Of a DNA stretch of 64,000 nucleotides, positions 36,608 to 50,139 are shown piece after piece; the stretch's first letter is position 1; every line of letters starts with the position of its first letter. This DNA is from Pristiophorus japonicus (taxonomy: Eukaryota): positions 204,104,001 to 204,168,000 of the forward strand of contig NC_091984.1 in NCBI RefSeq assembly GCF_044704955.1, written 5' to 3'. The translations under genes and the position numbers were made by a program. The notes below the pieces were generated by a model, which saw nothing but the letters and a program-made list of their open reading frames with translations, ran no database searches and was not told the origin of the DNA.

Positions 36608-37300
36608 AAGTAAGGAACAGGAATAGGCCATTCAGCCCCTCAAGCCTGTTTCGTCATTCCGTTAGATCATGGCTGATCTGTACCTCAACTCGATTCACTC
36701 ACTTGCACCGCATTCCTTGATATCATTACCTAACAAACATCTATTGATCTCGTTCTTGAATTTCAATTGACCCAGCATCTGTAGATATTGAGGAGTGAGT
36801 TTCGGATTTCCACTATACTTTGTGTGAAAAAGTGCTTTCTAATTTCACTTCTGAATGACATAGCTCGAAGTTTAAGATTCTAGATTCAATCAGAGGAAAT
36901 AGTTTCTCAGTCTCTACCTTAGCGAATCCCTTTATCATTTTTTAAAGACCTCGATTAGATCATTCCACAACTTTCTAAATTCGAGGGAATACAAACCAAG
37001 TTGATGAAACATATCCTCGTAATTTAATCCTTTGAGATCCAGTACAATTTGTTGTATCTGCGCTCGACACCCTCCAATGTCAATATATCTTTCCTGCAAT
37101 TTTGTGCCCAAAACTGAACACACAACTCCCAATGGAGTCGATCCAAGGCTTTACAACTGAAGCATCACTTCCTTACTTTGGTATTCCAACCCCCTCAAGT
37201 TAAAATCCACCATTCCATTAGCCCTTTTTAATTTTTTTTTGTGCCTGTTCACATGAGCATCTAAATCCCTTCACTCCTCCACAACTGATCTCTCACTATT
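36608..37300 (-). mobile_element. decayed CR1 3' fragment
   Basis: LGLYSLEFRKL and DLIEVFK motifs plus tail. Confidence 0.8.
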
Positions 37301-37519
37301 AAGAAACTACGAAGATGCTTCTGGTTGCAGGTTTTTGCACAGTAGAAGTAATTAGAATATTTGTGAGAATTGCGAATGTTTTGATTTTCTAACATCAATA
37401 TTAAAAAGATTGAATGTTGGAGAACCTACTGCAGTTTAACAGTTTAATGCTTGTAAATTCTGCAATTTTATGTTTGTTGTATTTTGCTGAAACTCCCTTC
37501 CAGAACACTCGTGGAAGTG

Positions 37520-38020
37520 ATATATGCAACAGAGTTCAATCGATTCTAATGGTAATGCCATTGAACTATTGGGGAGGTGGTCAGGCTTTCTCTTGGAGAT
37601 GATCATTGTCTGCCATTTGTGTAGCATGAATGTCATCAACCAATTATCAGCCCAAGTCTGGATGTTGTCCAGGTTATGCTTGATGGCTTAATTATCTGAG
37701 GAATTATGAATGAAGTTGAACACTGCAATCTTCAGCGAAGAGCACTTCGAACCTTGTGATGAGGGGAAAGTTATTGATGAAGCAGTTGAAGATAGTTAAA
37801 CCAAGGACACTGCCCTGATAAACTACTGCAGCAATGTCCTGGGACTGAGATGATTGGCCTCCAACAATCATCATTATCTTTTGTACTAGTTATGACTCCA
37901 GCCAATGGAGAGTTTTGCCAAGATTCACGTTGATTTCGGTTTTACTCGCACTTTTTGGTGCTACACTCCGTCAAATGCTGCCTCGATGTCGAGGGCAGTC
38001 ATTCTCGCCTCTCCTTTGAA
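37520..38020 (-). mobile_element. decayed LINE RT fragment (same family as 1790-2440)
   Basis: Shares stretches with 50700-50940, for example atggtaatgccattgaa and agcccaagtctgg. Confidence 0.65.
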
Positions 38021-38120
38021 TATATTCACATTTAAATGTATATGTTATATATGGGTTTAAGATGCTCAGTTAAATTTGTCTTAACAGGTGTGCATAATTG
38101 TATTTTTATGTTCTTAACAG

Positions 38121-38344
38121 TCAGTAGTGGATCAGTTCTCAATGTTGCTGCTCTCCTGGCATCTGGTACTCAAGTTACACCTCAGATTGCAATGGCTGCA
38201 CAGATGGCAGCACTCCAAGCCAAGGCACTGGCTGAAACTGGTATAGCTGTGCCTAGTTACTACAACCCAACTGCTGTCAACCCAATGAAGTTTGCAGAGC
38301 AGGAGAAGAAGCGTAAACTCCTTTGGCAGAACAAGAAGGAAGGG
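38121..38344 (+). CDS. RSRC2: RSRC2 exon 8
   Basis: taacag|TCAGT...GAAGGG|gtgagt; SVLNVAALLASGTQVTPQIAMAAQMAALQAKALAETG, near-identical to human. Confidence 0.96.
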
Positions 38345-38949
38345 GTGAGTTTGAATAAAAGTTCTACTATGTACAAGACATCAGTGCTGCACAGAAGCTG
38401 TATGGCTTTGTCTGTGTTACATCACACTGATACAAATGCTTTGGTTTATTTTGTCTACCCCACCCCCAACCATTGTGCCTACTTTCATCATGCATCTGGC
38501 TTGATGGGATGGGTGAGCTCCTTTCTCTCAGGACTCTGCTTTTGCAATTTCTACTTGCTCTGAGAAGAATTGCCCATTCTTTCATTACTTTCGATGTGAA
38601 AAAGTCTGTGCTTTAACATTTATTATCAGCAGCATTTCACCTCGGGGCTGGCTTTTGTTGCATATCGTGCAGGTCTTTCTATTTTAAATCATTTTCATTG
38701 ATGGCTTCTGTATTCTATTTGTATTGCTTTATGTGGTTATAGTGTTTTCCCTTCATCTTCTGTGGTTAGTTTAAGAGAGTCTGACTTTCAAATCCCGAAT
38801 CGTAAAATGTGATTTTTGAAATAGCAAAAATTTTGCTCTTTGTTGCTGCAGAAAATACAAATTCTGTTCAAAGCAGATTTAATTTAGATTAACTTTCTTT
38901 TGTATTATGTACCCGTTACCTGAGGCAGATAAATGTCTTGGAAGTGGAA

Positions 38950-39830
38950 ACAAACAAAACTTCAAGCTTGCAGATGTTGCCAAATTGAGTGAGACTGTAA
39001 ATGGGGAACAACTGATCCAAATATAAATAGCTTGGATAGGTTATAGAGCTATGCTGTCAAGTGGTATATAGACATCTGCAGAGTTGTAAGATTGGGAAAG
39101 GATAATAAAGATGGCAATATAAGATAAATGGTATTATTTTACAGGGCATGACACGGGAGAAGCGTTTTGTAGATATTGGTGGATTGATTACTGAAGTCTT
39201 TAGCATAGTGTGCAGCAGTAGTAAAGCATGCACGAAGGAGCTGGAGCTAGATAACAAGTGGAATAAATGGAGCACATATCTCAGGAAGCGATTGATTTTG
39301 TACAGGACCCTGGTCTAGCCCCACATGGAGTACTGTGTAGAGTTCTGGTCGCCATATAAGAAAGACATCTTGCATTAGAGGAAATGCTGCAATAGGCAAC
39401 TAAATTGATAGCTGGGATTAGGCACCTGAGTTAGGTGCTGGGGAATATATTTACACTGGCAACGAGAAGGCTCAGTGAGTATATAGAAGTGATCAAGTTC
39501 CTGAATGGCATAGACAAGATAAACTTCAATATATTTAAGTAGGTCACTGATTCTGCAGCATGAGGATACATAGCCTTAAAACATAGGTGCTAGAGGGTGA
39601 AAATACTTGAAATTTAACTGCTTTACACAGAGGATGGTTAATGTATGGAATAAACTTCCAGGAAGACAGTGGGGGCTTATTGTATCAGCAAATTTGAGAG
39701 TTGAATAAATAGCTGGAGAAACAGTTGATGGCTGGCTATGCCAGATGTTGTGTGATATATTTTCTAGGCACTGTATTGGGCCAGATGGATCCCACTAGTC
39801 TTTTCCATTCCTACATATAACGATTTGTAT
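38950..39830 (+). mobile_element. old CR1 3' fragment
   Basis: Degenerate EYCVxFWSP and WNKLP-coding sequence. Confidence 0.65.
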
Positions 39831-39989
39831 TGATCAATTCAAACGGGAGAAAGAACAAAAACTTCATGCAATTTGTTTCTCGAAATCGTGATCTGACCAC
39901 TATATTTGTGTGGTCACTAAAAGTTGGTCTTCTGTGTAAGTGCTGTGTCTAACTTGCGTTATATGTGCAAAGTGTCCATCAAACGTTAG

Positions 39990-42832
39990 AAAAAAGTGTA
40001 GTGCCAGAGGACTGGCGGATAACTGACTTATTACCTATATTTAAGAAGGGGGATAGAACATGTCCGGGGAATTACAGACCAGTCAGCTTAGCATCGGTGG
40101 TAGGAAAAATAAAGGAATCCTAAAGGAGATAATAGAAGAACATCTAGAAACCAAAATATAGTAATGAATAGTCAGCATGGATTTCAAAAGGGAAGGTCTT
40201 GCTTGACCAACCTCATTGAATTTTTGGAAGCGGTAATAGACAATGGTAATGCAATTTATCTAGTTTTTCCAAAAGGCCTTTGATAAGGTACCCCATAATA
40301 GATGATGAGTAAGGTCAGAGATTGCGGAGTCTGGGGACAAATAGCAGAATCGATAGCTAGCTGGCTTCAAGGCAGAAAGCCAAGAGTAGGGGTAAAAGGT
40401 AGCTACTCACAGTGGCAGAATGTGGACAGTGGTGTTCCACAAGGATCAGTGCTGGGACCACTGTTGTTCATAATTTATATTAACGATTTAGACCTTGGAA
40501 TCAACAATTTCTAAATTTGTGGATGATGAGAGGGGAAGGGGGGTGGCTGGTCAATAATGAGGACTGCAACAAATTATAGGCGGACATTAATAAACTTGCA
40601 GAATTTTGGTAGGAAGAATAGGGTCACTTATTACTTGGAGGGTGAGAGTCTTGGGTGAGAAGTACAAAGGGATCTCGGAGTACAAATCACTAACAGCTCC
40701 AACAAAGCTATAAAAAAGCTTTGCAGAATAAAAAAGCAAACGAAGCACTAGGGTTTATTTCTAGAGGTAGAGAATTGAAAAGTAGGGAAATTATGCTAAA
40801 CCTATATCGAACCTCGGTTCGGCCACACTTAGAGTACTGTTCTGGTCGCCATATTATAATAAGGATATAGAGGCACGGGACAGTGTGCAGAGAAGATTTA
40901 CAAGGATGATACCAGAAATGCGAGGGTTTACATATCAGGAAAGGATGAACAGGCTGGGTCTCTTTGGCCCCAAGTTTCCACATGATTTGCTGCTGATTTT
41001 TCGGAGCAACTGGTGTAGAACGGAGTATCTTAGAAATCGGAATTCTCCACATTTAGTTTGCTCCAGTTCTAGTCAGGTAGAACAGTTTCACTTTGGAACA
41101 CTTTTTTTCAAATGGGGGCGTGTCCGGCCACTTACGCCTGATTTCAAAGTTTCGTGAGTGAAAACTTACTCCAAACTAACTTAGAATGGAGTAAGTGAAG
41201 ATTTTTGTACGCTCGAAAAAACCTTGTCTACACTTTAGAAAATCAGGCGTAGGTTACAAATTAGGCGTAGGGAACGAGGTGGCGGGGGTGGGGGGGAAGT
41301 CATTAAATTCTACAATCAATCCTTAGTTATACTTATACAAATATTATACAAATAAATCCAACCTGAATAAAAAAATTTAAGCAAAGAAAAGATTAAATAA
41401 ACCATGTTCCTACCTGTGTGAAAGTGCTTCAGGCAGGCCTTTCATGTTGAAGACAGGCAGCGGTGTGGCGTCAGTGTCTCGACGGCAGCAAGCTTCGAGC
41501 TGAGCTGCAGTGCTTGAGGCAGGCCTTCATTCTCTTCATGGCTGGCCGCGAAGAAGCAGCACAGGACGGACCCGAGGCCATTCGGCCATGAGATATCAGT
41601 GGCGTCAGTGGCTGGCCGGCAGCCGAAGAATCGACGCAGGACACACGCAGCTCATTAAGGTTCTTGAGGCCATTCGGCCACGCTTTAGGGGCGGCGTCAG
41701 TGGCTGGCTGGCAGCCAAAGAATCAGCAGCGGACGGACGTGAGGCCATTCGGCCATAGGATATCAGCGGCGTCAGTGGCTGGCCGGCAGCCGAAGATACA
41801 GCAGCAGCCTTCGAGCTGTGAGGGGGACTGAGGCCATTTGGACAGGGAGAGGCAGCCACATCGACAGTTTTATATTTAAATTTGCAGAATGGGTGCTGCA
41901 TTGTCAACACCACTTTTATTATTGCAAAGTTGAATTGGCACTCTTATTTCTCCAAACACACAGTCCTTAATTTGCATGCACCAATGCAGCACCGGTTCTG
42001 CAAGTTTAGCAGTGAAAAGCTGAACTCACTGATTTCAGCAGGTGATTTATTCAGCAGTGCTGCTAAAAGCACTCCCTCACACACAGAAATATCAAAAAAA
42101 ATTAAATTACAAGCCTTTGCAGGGGTCCAAGAAACAAATCTTCACTTTGTCTGCAGTATTTTTAAACATGGCCGAGTGCCAATGTTTGTGTGAGACTGTG
42201 CACACGCTCCAACGCGCACGCGCAGGGTTGTCGGCACCACGAAGGCTAATTTAAATTGTACCCGCCCCCTGCTGCTTAGAAAATCGGTGCAAGTGTTAGG
42301 CTCCGCCCCCTGCTGTGAAGAGCGTGCCGCGCCAAGCAGACATCGAGCTCCAAGGAGCTCGAGAATAACGGATTTTTTTTTTTTTAAGCGCAGTTTTCGG
42401 CGCGAAAAACAGGCGCCCACCTCGGAGGTGCGCCGTTTTCACCGCGGCACGAAACTTGGGGCCCTATTCTCTTGAGAAAACAAAAGGCTGAGGAGTGACC
42501 TAATAGAGGTCTTTAACATTATGTGGGGAAGAACATAACTTGAGGTCATCAATATAAGATAGTTAGCAAGAAATCCAATAGGGAATTCAGAAGAAACTTC
42601 TTTACCCAAAGAGTGGTGAGAATGTGGAACTCGCTTACCACAGGGAGTGGTTGAAGTGAATAATATAGATGCATTTAAGGGGAGGCTAGACAAGCATATG
42701 AGGGAGATGGGAATAGAGAGTTAGGCTGATAGATTTAGATGAGGAAAGACGGGAGGAATCTCAAGTGGAGCATAAATGCCGGCATGGACTGGTTAGGCCA
42801 AATGGCCTGTTTCTGTGCCGTCTATCCTATCT
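39990..42832 (+). mobile_element. CR1 fragment interrupted by a TIR element
   Basis: [13 protein letters not shown] motif; the host resumes at 42465 after the insertion. Confidence 0.85.
40966..42464. mobile_element. non-autonomous Harbinger-like element (copy B)
   Basis: ggccccaagtttc...gaaacttggggccc; arms homologous to copy A; core of gaggccattcggcca repeats. Confidence 0.8.
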
Positions 42833-43209
42833 AAAACAAAGTCTTAACTGCCCCACATTTCCCAAGGGCCAATCAAAAATCACTTCACTGTTTTTGCCAA
42901 ATTTTTTCAGCACCTAAATGCACCACCCTCAACACTCCCACACCCCAGTATCCCCGTTGCAACAGCGTCTCATCCAACTCATTGAACACCAAGGTAGTTC
43001 GGCAAGTATGTATATACCAATTACTTTAAATCTATGCCCCCTGGTTAATGACCTCCCTGCTAAGAGAAATAGGTCCTTCCTATTCACTCTATCTAGGCCC
43101 CTCATAATTTTATACACCTCAATTAAATCTCTCCTCAGCCTCCTGTTCCAACGAAAACAACCCCAGTCTATCCAGTCTTTTCTCACAGCTAAAATTCTTC
43201 AGTCCTGGC

Positions 43210-43343
43210 CAATGTTTCCATTAAGCTGTGCAGCGCCCTGCAGCTCCCGCACAACGGCTCATCAGCTTTGAAATAATAAAAAACGTGCATGCACAGTATT
43301 TTGAATGGGCTGTGCACCCAAAAGAAAATTTAAGGGAATATTG
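43210..43343. mobile_element. hAT-type MITE
   Basis: Perfect 8-bp TSD gtcctggc (43202-43209 and 43344-43351); imperfect TIR caatgtttcc/gggaatattg. Confidence 0.85.
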
Positions 43344-43626
43344 GTCCTGGCAATATCCTAATAAAGCTCCTCTGTACCCTCTCTAGTGCTATCACATCTT
43401 TCCTGTAATGTGGTGACCAGAACCATACACCGTACTCTAGCTGTGGCCTAATTAGTGTTTTATACAGTTCAAGTATAATCTCCCTGCTCTTGTATTCTAT
43501 GCCTTGGCTAATAAAGAAAAGTATCCCATATACCACCTTAGTAAATCTACTGCCTTCAGGGATCTGTGGACGTGCACTCCAAGGTCCCTCTGTTCCTCTA
43601 CGCTTAGCAGTATCTTACCATTTATA

Positions 43627-44227
43627 GGGCTAGAATTTCCAAACAATTCGCCAGCGCCGGATTGCCACCCAAAATTCTCACTAAGGTTCTCAAATTAGCG
43701 CCGGTGAAAAATTCCATTTTTTACAAAGAAAAAAATCCGCCCAGCAAAAAAAAATGGACCTTACACCCGATTCTCGGCAAAAAAATGGAATCTTGGGCCG
43801 ATTGGGCGTTTCTTTTTTTTAAAGTGATAATGACTAAAATTCACACCGAGGCTACGGGAGGAGAAAAACACACATTTTTCCAAAAAACGTAAAATAACAA
43901 AATCAGAAAAACATTCTCAGGGCTCTTTTCATTTAAATCACTGCAAGAGAATTTAAAAATAATTAGTAAAAACCCATTTACTTCCCTTTTTTTGCAGGGC
44001 TACTTACCTACCAGCCAGCTCCGCTGCTTCTCACCATTTTTTTTTCAACTTACCAACGGGTCACCGCTGAGCCAAAAATCGGGCGATGCCGGTTTATGGA
44101 CGGTGCCTGCCGGCGGTCCCCTCCCTATCGGTACTTTGAAACCGCCAGCAGAACTCAGCTGTGGAAGTTTTCGCCAACCTGGTTTTTCTCCCAAAACCGG
44201 TCGGTGAAGCAATGGAAATTCCAACCA
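43627..44227. mobile_element. Harbinger-like MITE
   Basis: TIR gggctagaatttcc/ggaaattccaacca; 3-bp TSD ATA restores host catttatagtgtat. Confidence 0.8.
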
Positions 44228-45420
44228 ATAGTGTATGCCCTTGCCTTGTTTTCCCTCCCCAAATGCATTACTTCACACTTCACCAGATTTGAATTCCATT
44301 TGCCACTTTTCTGCCCATCTGACCAGATCATTGATATCTTCCTGCAGTCTACAGTTTTCAACGACACGGTCAATTTTTGTGGCATCAACTACACGACCAA
44401 TTTTTGTAGCATCTGCAAACTTCTTAATCATGTCCCCTACATTGAAGTCTAAATCATTGTTATAAACCACAAAAAGCAAGGGACCTAATACTGAGCCTTG
44501 CGGAACCCCACTGGAAACAGCCTTCCAGTCACATGTCGATCATTGCCCTTTGCTTCCTGGCACTGAGCCAATTTTGGATCCAACTTGCCACTTTCCCTTG
44601 AATCCCATGGGCTTTTACATTTCTGACCAGTCTGCCATGTGGAACCTTGTCAAAAAGCCTTGCTAAAATCCATGTAGATAAACGCGCTACTCTCATCGAC
44701 CCTCCTTGTTACCTCAAAATTCAATCAAGTTAGTCAGACACGACCTTCCCCAACATATCCACATTGACTGTCCATGATTAATTCGTGCCTTTCTAAATGA
44801 TGATTAATACTATCCCATAGAATTTTTCCCAATAATTTGTCCACCACCGAGGTTAGGCTGACTGACCTGTAATTGCTTAGTCTATCCCTTTCTCCCTTTA
44901 ACAGCAGTACAATGTTCGCAGTCCTCCGGCACCACACCTGTAGCCAAAGAGGAGTAGAAAATGATGGTCATAACCTCTGCTATTTCCTCCCGTGCTTCTC
45001 TTAATAGCCTGGAATACATTTCATCCGGGCCTGGTGATTTATCAACTTTCAAAGATGCTAAACCCTAAATATTTCCCCTCAGTATATTTATCTCATTTAA
45101 TATTTCACAATCCTCCTCAACTACAATGTCTGCATCATCAATCTCTTTTGTGAAGATAGAAGCCAAGTATTTATTAAGAACCATACCCATGTCTTCCACC
45201 TCCACACACAGGTACCTTTTTGATCTCCAATAGGCCCTACTCTTAGTTATCCTCTTGCACTTCATGGATTTATAAATCTTTGGGTTTTCCTTGATTTTAC
45301 TATCCTTCCCAATTTTTCTTTCTGTAAAATGTTATTTGAAACTGTTGATTTGTTTTTTTTTCTTGAAGTCAGTATGATGTAATGGATTTTCACATGCCTT
45401 TTTTTTTTGCTCTTTTCAAG

Positions 45421-45510
45421 GATAAGTCACAGACTGCAGAATTATGGGAAAAGCTAAATTTTGGTAACAAGGACCAAAATGTAAAATTCCGAAAATTAAT
45501 GGGCATCAAG
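45421..45510 (+). CDS. RSRC2: RSRC2 exon 9 (SMAP-like domain)
   Basis: ttcaag|GATAAG...ATCAAG|gtgagt; DKSQTAELWEKLNFGNKDQNVKFRKLMGIK. Confidence 0.96.
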
Positions 45511-46279
45511 GTGAGTTGTATTAAAGAACAGTGCAGGCCATAAATTATTTTAGTTTTTTGTGATTTTTTTTTTAAATGTCGAAACACCAGAATAAAATGA
45601 CAAGTGATTACTGAAAAACATTCATGCCATTAGAATGAAATAATGCATACCTGCTATAGTGGATAGTTTTTTAAGTAAAGCTATTTGAACATTCCAGCCA
45701 CTTGTCACTGTTGAACCAAGTGGCTGTGCGAAGAACTGTTACACCTTGGTGTGTGGAAAGGGGTTGACTTTACCTCTTAGTTAAATTTGTATTCTGAATT
45801 AGAGTAGTTCTCTGTTAATTAACCACAGCCACCCAGGATAATCCTTGTTTGAAGTAATGCAATACTTTTTGGCTCTTCAAATAAAATTGTAAATATAAAT
45901 TTTAAGAGACTTTCCTTTTACGGGTGAGTTTGACCGGTAGAACACCAGAATCCCAGATGAAGTGCTCTTCAATGGGGGGAAAAGCTGCATTACCTCGATG
46001 CCAATTTCTACAGAAAGCCCAACCAAGTTGTGGCATAGGAATTCAGATTCTGCAGCTAGTCTGTCTACAATTGGCTGTCATCTCAATTTCAGTATAACTT
46101 TAAATCCCCTTGGTTAATGTATTTTAAACGGTTTAAAAGCAACTTACTGTTCTCCTCTTCAGAGTCTTGCACTGCTCCGCTGTTTGCAGTAATAGTTGGC
46201 ACTTTATCCAGCTGGCTCACTGACGGGTGAGAATGAAGCAACATAAGTGGGCCTATTGTAAAGTCTCTTATAAACCAGG

Positions 46280-46706
46280 TTGTTGTATGATGAGACATTG
46301 AGTAGAATGGGCCTATATTCTCTGGAATTTAGAAGAATGAGAGGTGATCTCATTGAAACTTACAAGATTCTTAGAGGGCTTGACAGGGTAGATGCTGAGA
46401 GGTTGTTTCCCCTGGCTGGTGAGTCTAGAACTAGGGATGGGCCATTTAGGACTGAGATGAGGAGAAATTTCTTCTGAGGGTTTTGAATCTTTGGAATTCT
46501 CTACCCCAGACGGCTGTGTGGATACTCAGTAGTTGAGTATATTCAAGAATGAAATCATAGATTTTTGGACACTAAGGGTACAAGGGATATGGGGATACGG
46601 CAGGAAAGTGGAGTTGAGATAGAAGATCAGCCATGATCTTGTTGAATGGTGGAGCAGCCTCGATGGGGCGTATGACCTACTCCTGCTATATTTCCTATGT
46701 TCTTAT
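46280..46706 (+). mobile_element. CR1 3' fragment
   Basis: GLYSLEFRRMRGDLIETYKIL motif and tail. Confidence 0.85.
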
Positions 46707-46869
46707 GAACCAATATGACAGTGCCCACAGTGTGCTAAGCTGAAAAATGTTGTGGAGATGGGAAGGTAAATCTGTCTTGTGGTTACACAGCGTGTGACCG
46801 ACAAAGCACATTGAGAGGCCTTAATTATCTGTAGTGTTGTTATTTTATTGTAATCATTTTGTTTTGAAG

Positions 46870-47052
46870 GATGAGGAAGAGGTAGGAACCCCAATCCCAA
46901 ATCCTGCTGAAACTTTCAAAACTCTAAAACAGCAGGAAGAAGTGTTCAGGAACTTGGATGCTCAATATGAGATGGCACGATCACAAACCCACACACAAAG
47001 AGGCATGGGCCTGGGTTTCTCCTCTTCGATGAGAGGAATGGACGCAATTTAA
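46870..47052 (+). CDS. RSRC2: RSRC2 last coding exon
   Basis: ttgaag|GATGAG...; KTLKQQEEVFRNLDAQYEMARSQTHTQRGMGLGFSSSMRGMDAI-stop. Confidence 0.96.
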   Translation, partial: DEEEVGTPIPNPAETFKTLKQQEEVFRNLDAQYEMARSQTHTQRGMGLGFSSSMRGMDAI

Positions 47053-47611
47053 GAACAACCATTGTACTTGTGCTTAAGTACATGATTTTTTTATATCGTC
47101 TTCGTCCATGTTGGAGATTTAAAGCTTCATCTTGACTTTCACTTTCCCGTTTACTGAAAAAGCTAGCAGTCTAGCTTGCATGGTTGTTGCAATGCAAAAT
47201 AATTTATTAAAAATGGTTTTGATTGTAAAGATAACTGGGTGTATCAACAATCATACTGTGATAGTTACTCTTCCTAAACATTGGGACTTCATTGAAGAAA
47301 CAGTTGATGGCAATGTTTTGCAACTAGGAAAAGGGAAGTTCTATCATATCTTTTTTTTCTTTTTATGTATTTGAAGTGATGTATGCAGACTGGATTCAAA
47401 CAGCCCAATCTCATTCATATTTTGTTGTAATACTTCATGTTGCTGTATTATGTGATTGCTTTTGTACTAAAACTTGTACAGTTATTTTCATCTTTGGAAA
47501 TGCAAATGATGACTGTGTAGTTGTAAATTAGGATTTAGTTTGTTTGTAAGTACTTATTCCAGTGCTGAAAAGCGCTTTATAGTGTATTGTTCATTATCAA
47601 GCTTTCTGGAC

Positions 47612-47635
47612 AATAAATGGATGATTTTGAATAAA
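47612..47635 (+). terminator. tandem polyadenylation signals of RSRC2
   Basis: AATAAA at 47612 and 47630 after a U-rich 3' UTR of about 560 nt, followed by GT-containing sequence. Confidence 0.6.
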
Positions 47636-48869
47636 CCACTTGTGTAATGAGATCTAGAATGTTCTGTGAGCATGGTCAGTAATTCTATCACCAACAGATA
47701 TGTTAGTAATTAAAAGGAGAGGTTATTCAGTCTACTCTGCTTCTCAAGCCCCATTTTTTTGATTAACCTTTCTCAACGCATCATGGATCTGCAATTTTTC
47801 CGTTATTTCATGTATCTTATTTTCCTCCTGTAAAGCACCTTGGGATGTTCTATAAATGTCAGTTACAGAATAGCCTGTCAATTGGTCTACGCTGGGCCGC
47901 GACCTGGCTGCTGGTCTCTGCTACGCCGCTCCTGGGCCACGACCCTGCTGACCCCTGCCTGTGGGCTCTCGCTGTCCTCCGATCTCCCGCTGTCCTCTGA
48001 CCTCTTCTGGGCCCTGACCCCACCGCTGAGCTCCACCTCGCACCAAGAGTCGCCAACCAATCTGGTCGTTGCCCAGGAACAGCGCAGCATGGGCCAACAG
48101 TGAGTTCGTGAGGCCGCCATTGTGACATACAAAACCCATATCTATCATTTGTTCACATGCCTGATTACTATTCAGTAGCCTGTGGACACTTGAGAGTCTA
48201 GGCTCACCTTGCTAAATGAGGAACTGGAGGAATGCTGTCATCCTTGGAACTGTATCCCCCTAAGAGTCAGTGTTCAGCATAAAAGTAACCTGCAAGGAGA
48301 GTTGAATGGTGGAAAAACCAACAATCACTTCTTGAAATGATACTATGAAAATGAAATACTGAAACACCTTATGGTTGCAGATTGCCTCCAGAATTATTCA
48401 AAGCATCAGTTCTCAACAGAAACCTAACGAACTGTTCAAGGAGGCATAGTGGCTACCCACTTAACATTAGTGCAACTTGGGAGGGAGGGCTATGAACCAA
48501 AATGAGAACATAATGATTTTTTTTAAATGGTAGATGGCAGGAGGGTGAGATAGCTACTTTATTCTTTAAAGTGGTTGTACATAAACAACCAGCATGGATT
48601 CTGACTATAAAGTTAGTAGCACAAGAAAGATAATGAATATGATTAAGCAAAAGAAGCATCTTGTCTTTCATGTCTGAAGACTCCTGACAGATTCCTCTGC
48701 TTTTGTCAGTTGCATATCTTAACTTCTCTGGTGTAAAATACATAATAACATTTACTCCCATCTAGGAACTACAGATAATGTAGGAGAATTAAGCATAGAA
48801 CAAAGCTTTCCGAAAGGCTCCACTGTTAAGGCAGTAACAGCTATGCAGACCGGCAAGTTCAGAGGTCTA

Positions 48870-49240
48870 ATTGCTAGCTTGTGCTGTAGTGATTGAGGTG
48901 CTACAATTGACCTTGGTGGATCTTCTTGTGGACTTGCTTTTGGGCCTGGCTAAACAGCATTTTGTAAGTCTAGGATGGGCGGGTCGTTCTGGCTGCCTGC
49001 CTTTCTTGTGCAGTCCTGTGTGTGCCAAGAGGATCCTGGAGAGGGAGTGTCCACTGGTATGCTTGATGTCTTCCCCGACTGGTGGGCACCACAGGGTATA
49101 GAGTGTCTTATCGACACTGATGACCTGATTTAGTTGGGAAGATTCCCTTTACTTTTGTTCGGACTATGTTGCTTATTTTGGCTGCTTTTAGTTTGATTAG
49201 ATCCTATGTTTCTTACATTAATGGTGCCCTAAAAGTGGCA
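48870..49240 (+). mobile_element. Tx1/L1-clade LINE 3' remnant
   Basis: DLLVDLLLGLAK resembles the Tx1-type ORF2 C-terminus (from recall). Confidence 0.5.
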
Positions 49241-50139
49241 CTTGTGATGATTTTTGTTTGGTGACCTTGGGGCAACCCAGTGTCACCCTTGGTCCATCAA
49301 AGGGGACCCTGCTTTTGGTAGAGGGAAAAAATAAGAAGGGCTCTTCTAATCACTATCCAGCAACTCTTACTGGAACTGTTTGGTGAGAAGGATCAACTGC
49401 TGCTGTAATGCCCTTTCCCTGATTGAATAAATAGCCTGCCAACACTCAGATTGAGAGTGGCTAATTAGATGAGTTGTTGGAGGGTGACTGCTACTTGGGG
49501 AATCACACCACAGAAAGATGTAAGCACCTTCAGGAAAGCAGAATACTGAGATAAATGATAGTGATGCTGTGTTTATGTTTACATACTACTGATGAAGTGC
49601 AGGGACTTTTGCTGTTCTGGCCAATATTCTTGCCTTAACTGGACAGTCATCAGATTTGTTGTTTGTAGGACCTTGCTCTGCATATTTAATGATTACATAA
49701 CAAGTAACTAATTTGTTATGAAGCCCTTTTATAATGTCCTGAATAAATGCAAGTTCTTTTACTGGATAGTGAGCAGCAGCAGTCACATTCCAATCATTGC
49801 CCCAGCTGCGATCACGTAACTCATGGTAAATTAGAATTTCAGCCAGGGACTTTCTGGCCCATGCAACTTAATAGTACACCAAGCAGTATTTTTACCCATC
49901 AGACAAACAAATTAAATAATCAAACTTTACCTGTCTTCAAACATTGCATTTGATTCAAGAATTATCACAGTGAGTGATTTAAATGCCTCTCAATGAGCTT
50001 TGCAACATACACAATGCCAAAAACAAAGAAATTCAGCATCCCAAATCCAACTTAAAACTGGTTGAGAAAAAGGCTGAAAAAAAATCAACTCAAAACTTCT
50101 TTACCTGAAGACAAATCTGCTAGGAGAACCCATTTTAAA

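Larger units (their letters stand above)
43010..45300 (-). mobile_element. decayed CR1 hosting two MITEs
   Basis: KFADATKIG and QLEYGVWFWSP remnants. Confidence 0.85.
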
